NCBI GenBank assembly: GCA_052327205.1
Contig: CM126222.1
Coordinates: forward strand, 49,414,001-49,478,000
Length of the DNA: 64,000 nt
Direction of reading: 5' to 3'
Source: Somniosus microcephalus
Taxonomy: Eukaryota
Positions 1 to 12,130 of this stretch are shown piece by piece; within the stretch, counting starts at the first letter, position 1; every line of letters begins with the position of its first letter. The position numbers were made by a program, and so were the translations under genes. Under the pieces are notes generated by a model, which was not told the origin of the DNA, searched no databases, and was given only the letters and a program-made list of their open reading frames with translations.

Positions 1-461
1 AGTTCCAAACCCAGTATTTTACATTTGGTTTTGTCGCTTTTAAGTGCTCTTATTCATTATATTTCCACTTTATTTTTAAATGAAGCAATTTTTGCTTTTG
101 CAAAATATACACATGGTTACTGATGCAATTAAAGATGAGCTAACAGCTGATGTGTTTAAAATTGGTCTGAATCAAAGAAATTAGGAATTACTGTAATATG
201 GTTTGAGTTCCCCAGAGGGAACTGAAACTATCATTTAGATATGGCTTAGTAACAGCTTTCATGTTCATCTCTTCCCTCTGACTTTGGCTTGTGCAGATAC
301 TGCACCCTGGCTGAGAGGCTGTGTTTGAGCTTCATTTTCATCAGTTACTTGATAATTTGCTATAATTGTGTTAACACATTAGCCAGATTTCTTCTGTTTC
401 ATGGCACAATTTTAACAGTCTATCACGTAGAGGTTGAACTGATAAATCTAGGAGGCAGTAC

Positions 462-551
462 CTCTGGGTGCTCTCAATTACATCTCCTCCCATAGCCATT
501 GTTGCCCTTGCGGGGGGGAGGCAGGAGTCACTTTCTGTCTCTGCAGACTGC
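462..551 (-). other. Possible 90-nt exon of unknown transcript (unverified)
   Basis: Minus strand: pyrimidine tract ttctgttctattaccag|G, open frame RQSAETESDSCLPPARATMAMGGDVIESTQR, weak donor AG|gtactg; phase compatible with 1244-1715. No recognisable homology. Confidence 0.15.
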
Positions 552-1243
552 CTGGTAATAGAACAGAAGATGATTGAAGTGCTGAAAAGATAGTCACTAA
601 GCTGAAAACCAGATTTAATCAAAGTACTTTCAGACTTAATCAGTGGCTACACTTGGATTTAAATCACTCATTAACTTTGTTACACTGGCTACCCAATCAT
701 TAGGTACGAGTGCAAATCAAAGCACTATATAGGCTTCCTTCATCTGTGAGGAACTTTGTGCAAGCATCAACATACGTGAATTATTGAAATGATACAAGTA
801 GTAAAATGCTGAATTAATATACTGTATGAAGATATTTTTTGAAGAACACGATTGTCTGGCTATGAATTGGGTCCCTGATCTTTTTTACAAACATGCTTGC
901 TTTATGAAATCAGCATAAACAGAATCTACTTTTCTCAATTAAACTTAAATTTGAAATTAATTTAAACAAAATCTCTTGCACTAATATTTTATCACTGATT
1001 ACGCTGGTCCTCAAAATGGAAACAATATTTGCCCAACATCTTTACTGACATTTTAGATGATGCTGACATCCAAAATAGCAGCCATTTGAACACTTCTCGC
1101 AAGTTTGGAACATTTCCGGACACTGGTCTGAATGATTGGTGGCTGATCCAAACAGAAAAGTACAAAACCATTTGAGGGTATTCAAATCCAAGCAAATCAA
1201 TGGAATGAGAGTTTTGTCTCTCTATGGGCTCAGAGGATTTTAC

Positions 1244-1715
1244 CTGAAATGAATACGGGCAGCCTCAACCCAATTTCTTGTGTAGCTGAAAATCAAAGGA
1301 CAAGAGTGTTCAAAATTTGACGTTTGTAATCTCACTGAGAGACCATGAGGGTCATTGGTATGGAAAATGGAAAAAAGCTGCACTGTGCAGAAGGAGATCC
1401 TCTTTTGACATGGATTTAAACAGGTTGGTGGAGCAATGGAAAGGAAAGTTGCCCCTGCAGGAGGTGTGCTATGTCTAACATGGGTGACATTGAGATTGGA
1501 TGCCTTTAACAAACTGAGGACTGCCGTAGACACTGTCTGCGGTGCAGTGGCATCAGTTGCTCCTGTAAGCAGTCTGTGTGTCTTACTTTTTGGGGGAGTG
1601 GACTCGTACCGCCCGATTTCTGTTTGTAAAATAGTGTGAGGCAGTGGTGTAACAGTAATACTCCTTTGTGACCTGGGTTGGATATTCGTGTCACACGTGT
1701 ACTTCTTCAATCTCT
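1244..1715 (-). other. Possible 472-nt exon of unknown transcript (unverified)
   Basis: Open frame of about 157 codons (S/T/P-rich) bounded by ttcag| and AG|gtaaaa on the minus strand; no recognisable domain. Confidence 0.2.
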
Positions 1716-3902
1716 CTGAAGGTGGTCCAAGAAAACATTGGGTGATGCATAGTCAGATACGAACCAGTAAGCTGCTTATTTCACAGTAAGGTGAATATAC
1801 AGAACCGCCATCATGACTGAACTAATTCAATCCATACACCTTATCTTTGTGTAATAAAACAAAATAAAGAACATGCCATGCCAACCTACATTCATGGATC
1901 ATCTTTCTTGACTTAAACAAGATGGCTTCTAACTATTCTCCAGCATTTCTAATCTCAGTCTGAGTAAAATTCCTCCCACTTTCTACCCTTCATTAAACTT
2001 GACTTCCCTCACAGCCTTCCTGTTTCAAAAAGCCATGTCCCTGTCTCTGTCTTTTTAATTGCTTCCTGTTCACAAACAGACAGGGATCAAAGGACTTTTC
2101 AACACAATGGGTATGAGATGTTTTCCAATTATCTAGCCAAGCTAATGATTTTTTTTATTGTTTAGTCTCTGCTGAAAGTAATTTCCATGTAGCATATTAA
2201 TCACCTTTCTCTTTTTTTTCTCAACTTGTGAAAATCCAACATTAAAAGTAACATTTTTAGATTTTTTCTGTGGAAAAATGGTTTAAAAGTCCAGAGACGT
2301 GACAATGGCAAAAGTGGAAATATACGATACTCCTGAACACCCACATCCCTCACCTTAATAAACACAAATAAATTTATCAAAAGGTTTCAATTCAATAACA
2401 CTATGATTGGATAATAGTACCGCTTGATGTGTTTGTAATAAATCTGCTGAGTGTGAGATGGTGCAGTACTGGGATCTAATGGCCATTATCTTCTATTAAA
2501 GTCTCATCCCATGAGATACAAACACTTCCATTATTCCCACTATCCTAGTTGTATCACCTTTGTCATCTTTATGAGCCTGTTTTGTCACTTTTTTTTCCAC
2601 ATTTGCCTGGCTGTTAGAATTCTGGAAATCTTTTTAACAGGATTGTGTGGGACATTACCCCTTTTAAAATATAATTGTCCTTTTCCAAAAACTAGAAGCA
2701 AACTTCAAGATAATTAAAAATAATGTTTCCACAACTTTCATCCTATTTTAAATTCCATGCCCCTGCCAGTATCGGACAAGTGTTTCCAACAAGAAGAACT
2801 GGATGGTGTTTGTGGCACTTATTGTCCAAGGTTTTAATGCTACTCTAGGCCATGAAGCAATGTAGTAATCTCGAATAGATCTCCCTTTCTCTTGCATCTG
2901 ACTGATGCAATACTGATGAATACTGTCAGAGGCTGAGATAAACCTGAGTCTCCTGGTCTGTGGTGCTCTATCACTACCAAACAATCAGAGCCAACAAAAC
3001 ACCACTATAATTTCAGATGTACCGTCTGGGTCCAAAAGACACAAACGAGAGCCCCATTTTTATTCTGAACTTCGGATTATTGCGGTGACTCCAACATGTC
3101 ATCTAAAAATTTAAGAGGAACCACTGAATACTGAGGTTCTCCTTTAAAAGCATGCGTTAGGGATGCCCCGGTAATGCTGACTGTAAGGCTCAGTACCTCA
3201 TGGTAGAATGTATGCAGGTTTTGAGGAGTTGAAATCCTATACAACGTGTGCACATGTCTTAGGAGTTCCCCTTTAAGAAGTGAAAAATCCAAATATTTTG
3301 CTTATCTATGATTATGTAATGTATGAATAAAGGTAAAGAACTTGCTGTCATACGATACATGATAACGTTTAATCAGCCTCCAGTGCTATTTGCAGGAAGT
3401 GCGATCTAATCATCAAATTATCAAAGGGAAAATGTAGTGTGAATTCTGCTGATCTTGTAGTCTGCTGTAGGATTAAAACAAGTCATGCATTAAAACTGTT
3501 CATTAATTAGGGACGTTCATTAATTAAAGACATTTAATTTAAACAGTCTCTGATTTTATCCTCGCTTTATATTGTAAATTGAGTAAAATAAAAAAAGGCA
3601 ATCTGTGGAGTTTTAAGTGAATTTTGTCTATCTGTTTCTTAAAAAAAAGTTTCAGTGACTTGTCAGTCTCTAACAGCACAAAGCACAGCCACAAAGTACC
3701 CTGTGTGGATCCTTTGGTTATTTAAAAATGTCTGCAAAAACTGCAGGAGCTGTAGCACAGTTTCAAGGACAATACCAAATACAATAACAGTTCAGTGTAA
3801 AGAGACATGAAGCCGTGGTCTGTTTTAAAAAATTGCAGTGATGCTGTCATGTGCTAGCTGCAAAATTATAATAGCATTTTTCACTCATTAATAATACACT
3901 CT

Positions 3903-5520
3903 GGGCCAGAATTTAATGCAGCCGGCAAACAAACGGCGCCCACTGATAGTTAGACTTTCCCTCGTCCGTTTAATTTCCATGAGATTTTGCACTGTCAGTT
4001 GCTGTAAGTGGGAGTGGGAAATGGCGTGGCGCCTTCTACAGGGCATCTGGGATCTGTGTCAACAGGGCAAGCAACTGTGTATCTCCTTAACCAATCAGAT
4101 TGAAGTATTGTGAAATTAGCAGCCATGGGCGCGATCTTGCCAGCCCTGGGAAGGCGGGTATGGAGGCGGGAGTGCTGGGAAAATGGCAGAATCTGGGGGC
4201 AGGTGCCCATCCCGCCCCCAACCCGCCTCCGTGCCATCTTCCCAGGAGGCGGGTAGCCGACATGCGCCGGATCCCGTCTCCTGGAGGCGCGAAGGGGATT
4301 ACAGCCACTTAACTGCCTGTTAACAGGTAGTGAAGAGGATTATCCCCATTTTTCAAACAGAGACATGGGCTTCTCGACATCGGGAAACCCCGCCAGGGTC
4401 AGCGAGGCGAGCAGTGGGTCTGCGGGGGTCTGGAGGGGTGCAAATGTGCGCTGTGAAGGTAAATGATGGGTACAAGTGTGGCGAGGTAATTATGTGAGGT
4501 GAGTGGAAAGTGATAGAAAATGTTTACTTACCTTTGTTTCTTCCTGCAGGCTTCAACAGTTGGGGATGCAGAGAGTCTCGCATCTCACCGGCAGAGATGA
4601 CAGATGGCTGCTGCATTCTCCGATGCAACATCCATCTCATTTCTGCTGAAGAAAGAGGTGTGATAAGTCTTGAATACAAGGACTCATCAAACAACAGAGA
4701 ATGTCAGTGTTTGACAGCATCACAGAGCTGTCAAACGATGACAATTCAGCTGTCAAAAATTTTTGACAGATGAAACGTCACACGCTGACATTCTCTGTAA
4801 CCAGCTTTCCCTTAATTGGCCCGCCATGCCCATTGGACAGGCTTAACAAGGTCAATCAAGGGGAAAATAGCGTGGGTTGGCCACAAGTCGATGGAGGCGG
4901 GACTAAAACCCAACAAGCAGCAGTCCCGCCTCCAATGCGCCCCCATTGGCAAAATCGCCCCCGTAGAGTCTGAACCAGGAAGCATAAGTTAGAATGGTGA
5001 ATTCAATGTCAAATCAGTTGCAGAAAGTGAATTAAAGAGAGGGAAAGAAAGATTGGATTAAGAGAGAGTGAGAAAAGAGACAGAAAGAAAAAGAAAAATG
5101 TATTACCTTTTTTTAATTCTCCATCAACAATTAAAAGCTGAAGGAATGAAACTTCACACTTTTAATAGTTCATTTTCAGTGCCAGAGAGGTTGTTTGGCA
5201 ATAATTAAGACTTATCACACCATTAAAAGGGTACTTAGACTGAAATGGACGAGCCCTAACTTTCTGTGAAGAGTTTAGTTCATATCTACTGGGCAAGTAC
5301 AGGAAGTTCACGCCATTCAATGAATTAGAAAGGGGAGCCAGACGACGAGATGCTGTTTTCGTGAAGCAAATGGCAGAGTGGCGCATCTCCAACAGCAACT
5401 TCTGGATTTTTGCGTGCAACCGCACATCTGCCCTCGCCGGAAGTTGCTGTGCGATTTGCGCATAAATAACACCGAGCGCTATTAGCCTCATTGTTATTTT
5501 GACAGTAAATTCTGACCCCC
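3903..5520 (+). mobile_element. Non-autonomous PIF/Harbinger-like element (family A), interrupted by MITE 4127-4961
   Basis: Terminal inverted repeats GGGCCAGAATTTA / TAAATTCTGACCC, TCT next to both ends; internal sequence homologous to 9400-10104. Confidence 0.75.
4127..4961 (+). mobile_element. MITE (family B) copy 1
   Basis: TIRs GGGCGCGATCTTGCCA / TGGCAAAATCGCCCC; flanks CAT/CGT (imperfect 3-bp TSD); homologous along its length to the reverse complement of 5770-6573. Confidence 0.85.
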
Positions 5521-5769
5521 TCTATTCTATGGTCCTAAGTTCTCCATTCATCTTTACACACATATCATTTTATATTAATGTCTGAAAAATGCTGTCTTAA
5601 CTTAGTACTTACACCTATTCCTAACTGTGCTACCACTTCCTCTTTCCCCCCATGTAGTATATTTTTCTATTCCTGCCCCATTTTCAGTCATTCAACATCA
5701 TATATTATTCACCAAGTGAAAAGTAACCTGCTCCCATGGCCTGGCAAGTCCCCCTGATTGCAAATGTTG

Positions 5770-6573
5770 GGGGTGATTTTGCCAATGGGGGCGCGTTGGA
5801 GGCAGGACTGCTGCTTGTCGGGTTTTAGTCCCGCCTCCATCGACTTGTGGCCAGCCCACGCTATTTTCCCTCGATTGACCTTGTTCAGCCTGCCCAGCGT
5901 GCTTAGCAGGCCAATTAAGGAGAAGCCGGTTGCAGAGAACGTCAGCGTATGATGTTTCGAGATGAATTGTCATCGTTTGACAGCTTTGAGAAGCTGTCAA
6001 ACACTGACATTCTCTGTTGTTTGGTGAGTTCTTGTACTCAAGGCTCATCAAACCTCTTTTGTGAGCAGAAAGCAGATGGCTATTGCAACGGAGAATGCAG
6101 CAGCCATTCTGTTATCTCTGCCATTGAGATGCCAGAGCTTCCACATCACCAACGATGGAAGCCTGCAGGAAGAAACAAAGGTAAGGAAACTTTTTCTATC
6201 ACTTTCCACTCACCTCACATACTTACCTCTCCACACTTGCACGCATCACTCACCTCCACAACGCACTTTTGGACCCCGCAGACCCACTGCTCGCCTCGCT
6301 GACCCTGGCGGGGTTTCCCGATGTCGGGAAGCCCGCACCTCTGCTGGACAAATGGGGATAATCCTCTTAACTGCCTGTTAACTACCTGTTAACGGGCAGT
6401 TAAGTGGCTGTAATCCCCTTCCTGCCTCCAGGAGACGAGACCAGGCACGGGTCGGGTACCCGCCTCCTGGGAAGATGACACGGAGGCGAGTTGGGGGCGG
6501 GATGGGTACCAGCCCTCAGATTCTGCCATTTTCCTGGCAGTCCTGCCTCCCCAGGGCTGGCAAAATTGCCCCC
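5770..6573 (-). mobile_element. MITE (family B) copy 2, inverted relative to copy 1
   Basis: TIRs GGGGTGATTTTGCCA / TGGCAAAATTGCCCCC; flanks TTG/CTG; the ORF track shows paralogous pseudo-peptides (SLEYK..NNRECQCLTASQSCQTMTI) on opposite strands. Confidence 0.85.
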
Positions 6574-8094
6574 CTGATGTCAGGGCAACATTGGTTGACT
6601 TTCCCTCCAGTTTCCCTTCTCCACTCCAGGGAAGCACTTCACTTCTGCATGGTGCCTCCATGTTATAGTTGAGCCACAATTGCAAAGTGCCAAAGTACAG
6701 TAGCATACAACGGCACTTTGTGCTGCTCTGGCATTATTGTGCTGTTACTCAAATGTGGACAATCTGTGCTACAGTCATTGAACAGGATGCATTGCATGCA
6801 AATGGCCGTTGGAAAATGATATTAATCCCTGGACTGTTTTTAAACGTGCAGTAAAGCTGCTGGAATAGCACCACTGACTTTGTACTTCAAAACTACACTT
6901 TCAGCAAGATTGTATCTGAACTTCAAAAGAAATGTTGCAATGCAGCAAAAAGAAGTTCAGGGGCCAGGATTCCCAATGGAACTTCATGTTGCTTTGAACA
7001 CAAGCCAGTTACAACTCCAACAAAGGAAGTAACTGTAACATTAATGTTAAATTTGGTCTTTGTCAAACTTTAATCTGTTCCTTTCTAAATACCCTGATCC
7101 CGGCATTAAAGCAGCATCCAACATTCTTAGTATATGAAATTATACTGGGAATGAGGTGGTTTTAATGCAGAGTATTTTAGTGATGTTGGAATGAATATGA
7201 AATCATTATAATCTATTGTTAACACCTAATAATTCAGCCATCTTATTCCTATAAATTAACACCTGCGGGTCATTAATATTCATGATGTTATTCATGATGA
7301 ATTGTGGAATGAAGATCAAAGAACTAGAACAATTTACAATGATAAGAAACCATATGGAGGGTGATGGATGAAAACTGGGAGGAATATTAAATGGCACCTA
7401 ATACTTCATTCCTGAGCATGAATATATAGCACAGCCAAATCCCCCATTTATAGTCAGTCTGGAAATTGGTATTTATGTTGTGAACTGTCAGCACATTCAC
7501 AATAACTGTAGTTGTATAGATCATGGATCAATTACTCTCATCAGATTTTAGACTCAATGCTACCACCTCATCCTCTCAGCATTGTTTGGTTTCATGAGGT
7601 GAGGGATTTGTGCCCAACCAATAGTGTCTGACACAAACATCCTGCAGACACAAACTTGAAATGAAAAGTCTGTGCACGTCTGGCAAATAATACAATTCTA
7701 AACCTGCAGCATCAAAGCAGTTTTCTACCCCACTCCAAGAGTGAAGAATGAAGGTAGAAAATGCACTTATTTGGTTAATCCTGATCTGACCTTGAATGAA
7801 GTCTCAATGGGCTAAATGAAAGCTCACAAGGGGCATTTTCAATTGTCATTGACAAGGAACTAATTTAGTGTTGACAAGCTGGTTGCCTAGTTTTTGTTAA
7901 CACTTATTTTAATTAATTGAAGTGCGCTCTAGACTCCGTGAAACAGGGCTCCATACTCCTCACCTGTCCTGTTTCAATCAGGGTAGCCCAACATTAAACA
8001 ATGCTGTTGAGAAAAGAAGCAGTGATGTGCAAAAACACCAGAAGTGGCAAAATCAGCTAATTTTCCGGCTGCACAGGAGATAGTATGTCCACCC

Positions 8095-8570
8095 GAATAT
8101 TGAGCCAAGTTCCACCCTTTCATCGGGGTCCAGGTTGTAAGGTGTGGTAATTATTTCTGGGCTCTGGTATTCAAATCTTACCTTAGACTGGTGCAGTGAC
8201 GATTTTCTCTCCTGGGAAGCTGTAAGGGGTCCTGAGTAAAATGACTCTGGAGAGCGAAATCCAGTTTCCAGCCAGTAAGTTTACAGCTCAGAACTATAAA
8301 TAATTCAATATTAATTAGCATTAAATTGGCAGACTCACTGAGAGAGTCTACAAGGATGGATGGTGTGGGAAATGTAAAATTTACCTAGTTGCTCTTTCGA
8401 AGCTGGAGCTGAGATACATTGGAGCATAGAAGCGGATGTTTTATTCTGCAGTTGGCTTGTGCTTTACTTCACCAAATTTGCTGACACAGGTTGCCAAAAG
8501 TTGAAAAGTGCTCCAATTCCCAATGCTAATGACCATCACCTCGATGGGCATAAAACATCCCTCACGAAAC
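8095..8570 (+). mobile_element. Old LF-SINE-like relic
   Basis: Degenerate motifs in LF-SINE order (gtaaggggtcctgagtaaaatga...tccagtttcc...attagcattaaattggcagactcactgagagag...gctgagatacattgg); similar to 11250-11760 and 49035-49342. Confidence 0.45.
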
Positions 8571-9399
8571 TGTAGTAAACGTGACAGTGGAGGCTGCTTT
8601 ATTCACAAATTAAACATTGAGATTCCCTGATCTGGTCAATAAACCAATTATTAACATTTGCTCATAAAAATTATTATTTTCTATTTATGTGGTGTCACCA
8701 CATCTGTTCAATAGTCATTAAATGAGCCAGCAGATTGCATTTGACAATTGTCAATAGATTTTCTAGCTCCATTTGGTAAATCTTTTTTTTTTTATTTGCT
8801 CACAACATTGGGAAGTAATGCTGTAAATTGTGGCAAAATGGGTCATTATAGTATTTTTGCAGGCCATTACCATAACAAAAATGCCATTCTGTTCAAACAA
8901 AATGCTAGTCAAACACTTTCTGATGAAGACTGTACCTCTTTAATGAAAAAGGTCTCTGCGGTTCATTGTGATCATGGAGTTTCACTCTGTATGTATATGT
9001 CTCAACTTCCATTCTAAGCATTATCTGTGTTGTATAATGGAAACAAATTACGACTGCAAATTCTTGGAAGAAGCAAAATTGTAGAAGCAATGCACCAGAG
9101 CTCCATGTATAAAATTAATTCTTGTCCACTTCCAAAAAAAACCCTGAACTGGTGCTTTTCTCCAGGATTGTAATACAAGAGCATTGTGTGGGGATAAACG
9201 GCAAATGCAAATCAGTAGCAAATATTTCATCTCAAAAGTCAATACATGATTGAGGGACATCATTTATTACCTCCTGACACATTAATTGACTCTGGGAAGT
9301 TCCCTATATTACTGTTGGTGGAATTTCAATCAGCTCCGCCCGGGTGGGCTGAACTAAATGCCATTATTGTGGGAATGAACTGCAAACAGGGCTCATAAT

Positions 9400-10104
9400 G
9401 GGCCAGAATATGCTGGAGTGGAGCATCTTGTGGCGTACCCCGTGAATTGCATATTTTCCCTCACCCTTCAGTCCGAAAACTATTGCGCCGCAAATTGCTG
9501 GAAGTCCGAAGTGATAACAAGGTCAATGGGGCATCTGGGACCTTGGTGAACGACGGGATGAAATAGGCTATCTCCTTAACCAATGATAGAGGTAGAGCGA
9601 ACAAGGGAGAAGGAAATTGGGTGAAATTAAGTCAAATTAGATACAGAAAGAGAGGGAAAGAAAGACTGGATTAAGAGAGAGAGAGAAAAGAGGCAGAAAA
9701 GAAAAGAAAAAAAAATTTAAATCTCCAAAAACCATTTACTACTTGCAGGACTGAAACTCCACAGTTTCAAACGTTTCCTTTCTGGGCCTTCGAGCTTGAG
9801 TGGCATTGCAGATACATAAATCATTAAAAGGGTCCTTACGTCGTGAAATACCAGCCTGAACTTTCTGCGGGAGTTTAATTCATATTTATGGCACAAATCC
9901 AGCAATTTCTTGAAACTCATGGGGAGGGTGACGGCGAGCTCAGATTTTTGTGAGGCTAACGGTGGAGTGGTGGAAATCATCCAACAATATGTGGTGATTC
10001 GCGACTTGCAACTCACTTCCTCGCCACGCATTGTTGGGTTCTGTACCCACTAATAACGGCATGCACTGTGAACTCACCATTATTTTCCCAGCAAATTTTG
10101 GACC
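9400..10104 (+). mobile_element. Non-autonomous PIF/Harbinger-like element (family A), uninterrupted
   Basis: TIRs GGGCCAGAATATGCTGG / CCAGCAAATTTTGGACC (14/17); perfect 3-bp TSD AAT at 9397-9399 and 10105-10107. Confidence 0.85.
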
Positions 10105-10555
10105 AATGTTAAAGGTGATGCAACTAGAATAAATTTGCACTCATAACGTAACTTCTGAAAGTTATCTGATAGCAATGCACTGTTGGGTGGCAGCAATATG
10201 CCATATATCAGAATTCAGATTATGACTCATTTACTCAGAACCATATATGCATTTAATGATCAGCGTATCTTACCAGCGATGGGTTATAGACATTCCTTCA
10301 CTCTTTTAAAATCTTGTTGCAGCCCCTGATCGCTACAAGATTTGGGAGTTATGTGCCTTTCATGCATCTGAAAGAACTTTGATAAATCATGTTTACTGAT
10401 GGGACAGCCCAAATGTCCTTTCACCTGTCCGTACTCAGAGTGAATAGTACATTGTGTTACAAAACTGTCTGACCGAGTTTCAAATCCTGCATTTTATAAT
10501 GAGCAGTGCGATGATTATCATATTAACTCTAGGACCTACCTCTATTGACACTAGA

Positions 10556-11192
10556 GGGACAATTTTAACCCCTCCCTGCCCAGTGGAAAACAGGCATGTA
10601 GGCAGTTCAAAATGTCCTGGGTTACTTTCCAGCTGGAAAGCTGCCGTTTCCCACTGACCACGAATTATACACCCGCCCAAAGCCAGCGGTGTCCTCCTTT
10701 ATATGCAGATCGAGGTCCAATGACATCATCGGGCCCCGTGTGTGATTTCTAACTCAGGCCTGCATAGAGAAGTCGCTGCCGGCTATCCCACCAGGCTGAG
10801 AAGAGCACGGTCCTGGCGGGAAGACCAAGATGCCCAAGCTGAGTGGTTTTTTCACTTTCCTTTGTGGGGCTAGGAGGATCAAGACCTCTCCTTCAGGCCC
10901 CAGAGGGAAAGTCGTAGCCTCCCCTGCCGCAGACTTCCCCCTTTCCCGCCCGTGAACCCACTTCCCACACCTACCTTCATGCCAGCCAAGGGACGCCTGG
11001 TTTTCCAGAGGCTCCTTTCCACCCACTTCCCGCCCGTTAACTGACAACATGTTAAGGAGGCCCAGGAGTTAAAATACCCCTGGCCTGTTTCCTATTGCAA
11101 TGGGTGAGTTAGAAATTCCTCATTAACATGCTGCCAGTCCACTTACCAGCCACCCACACACCCAAAACACACCCGGAGTAAGAATTGGAGCC
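10556..11192. mobile_element. Harbinger-type MITE (family C)
   Basis: Starts GGGACAATTTTAAC, ends GTAAGAATTGGAGCC; internal blocks (tttatatgca..tgacatcatc, tttgtggggc, gaggcccag..gttaaaa) shared with 36253-38820. Confidence 0.6.
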
Positions 11193-11249
11193 ATGTCATT
11201 TCCCCTTTTTAGCTGTGGGTTTAGATTTGGGAATACAATGGATTCAAAC

Positions 11250-11760
11250 ATTGTCCCTCCAGCCCTGAAACCTGAGTTCAAATCCTACACTTTATAATTG
11301 ACATTGCACTGATTGCTGCCCTTTCAGCTCTGGGACCTGAGTCACAGGAATGCGGGATTCCAGTGCATATTATAACTTTGCTCTTTCTATTCAAAGGTAC
11401 AGGATCTTCACTAAGGCTGAGTTGGTGGTGCAGTGAATTTGAACACAAAAATTAGTTTTAGCAGGCACAGTGGCGTTTTCAATGGACACGAGTCAACGCT
11501 GCCGTCAAATATGGTATTGATGAACTAGCACTAATTTGACAGTTGTTCTCTGAAAGGTTACACGAAGATGCATGTCAGACAAAATAAATGTCACTCTATT
11601 GCATTGAGAGCAGCCCTTTTGAGGCTGGGGCTGAGGTTTGTTGTTAGGTTAAGGCAGAGCACGGTATTCTGTATCTGTTCCATGTCTTGCCCATCACGAA
11701 AGTGCTGGAAAGTATCCCTTGATGATAGCTGGGTTCATTGAGGCAGATATTTCTACCTTT
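11250..11760 (+). mobile_element. Old LF-SINE-like relic(s)
   Basis: tRNA-like head remnants (ccctttcagctctgggacctgag; gagttcaaatcc) and core ctagcactaatttgacagtt...ggctggggctgagg. Confidence 0.4.
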
Positions 11761-11924
11761 TACTGATTTTCAGGAAATGAGCAGTTGTGAATCAAAATGG
11801 TGGAGTAGAGATAGAATGCACTGACTGACGGTTTGCTTTTCCATATTCAGTGCTGCTCTGACCATCCTACCCTCCAAACATGAATGAATAAGCATCAGTG
11901 AAGAGAGATTTAAAAAGCCAGTTT

Positions 11925-12130
11925 TTGCTTCTTACGGTCTTGTTCAGGTTACTGTTGAGGAACCTGTGTAGTATTCCACCCAGGTACTTCTGTGTTCACC
12001 ATTCTGATGACATACTTCCATGTTTGCCGTCTCCGTTGCTTATTCAGGGAGTGTCTTCCATGACCAAAAACGTCTGATGATTTGCAGTGCATCATTGCTG
12101 AAGCAAAATTTCCTGTTAGCTTTGGGCCAT
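11925..12130 (-). pseudogene. Possible ancient Myb/SANT (Harbinger-type) domain relic
   Basis: Frame DVFGHGRHSLNKQRRRQTWKYVIRMVNTEVPGWNTTQVPQQ* follows the trihelix pattern LFG...K.R..W..I...VN......T.QV.KKW, with the stop at the W position. Confidence 0.35.
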
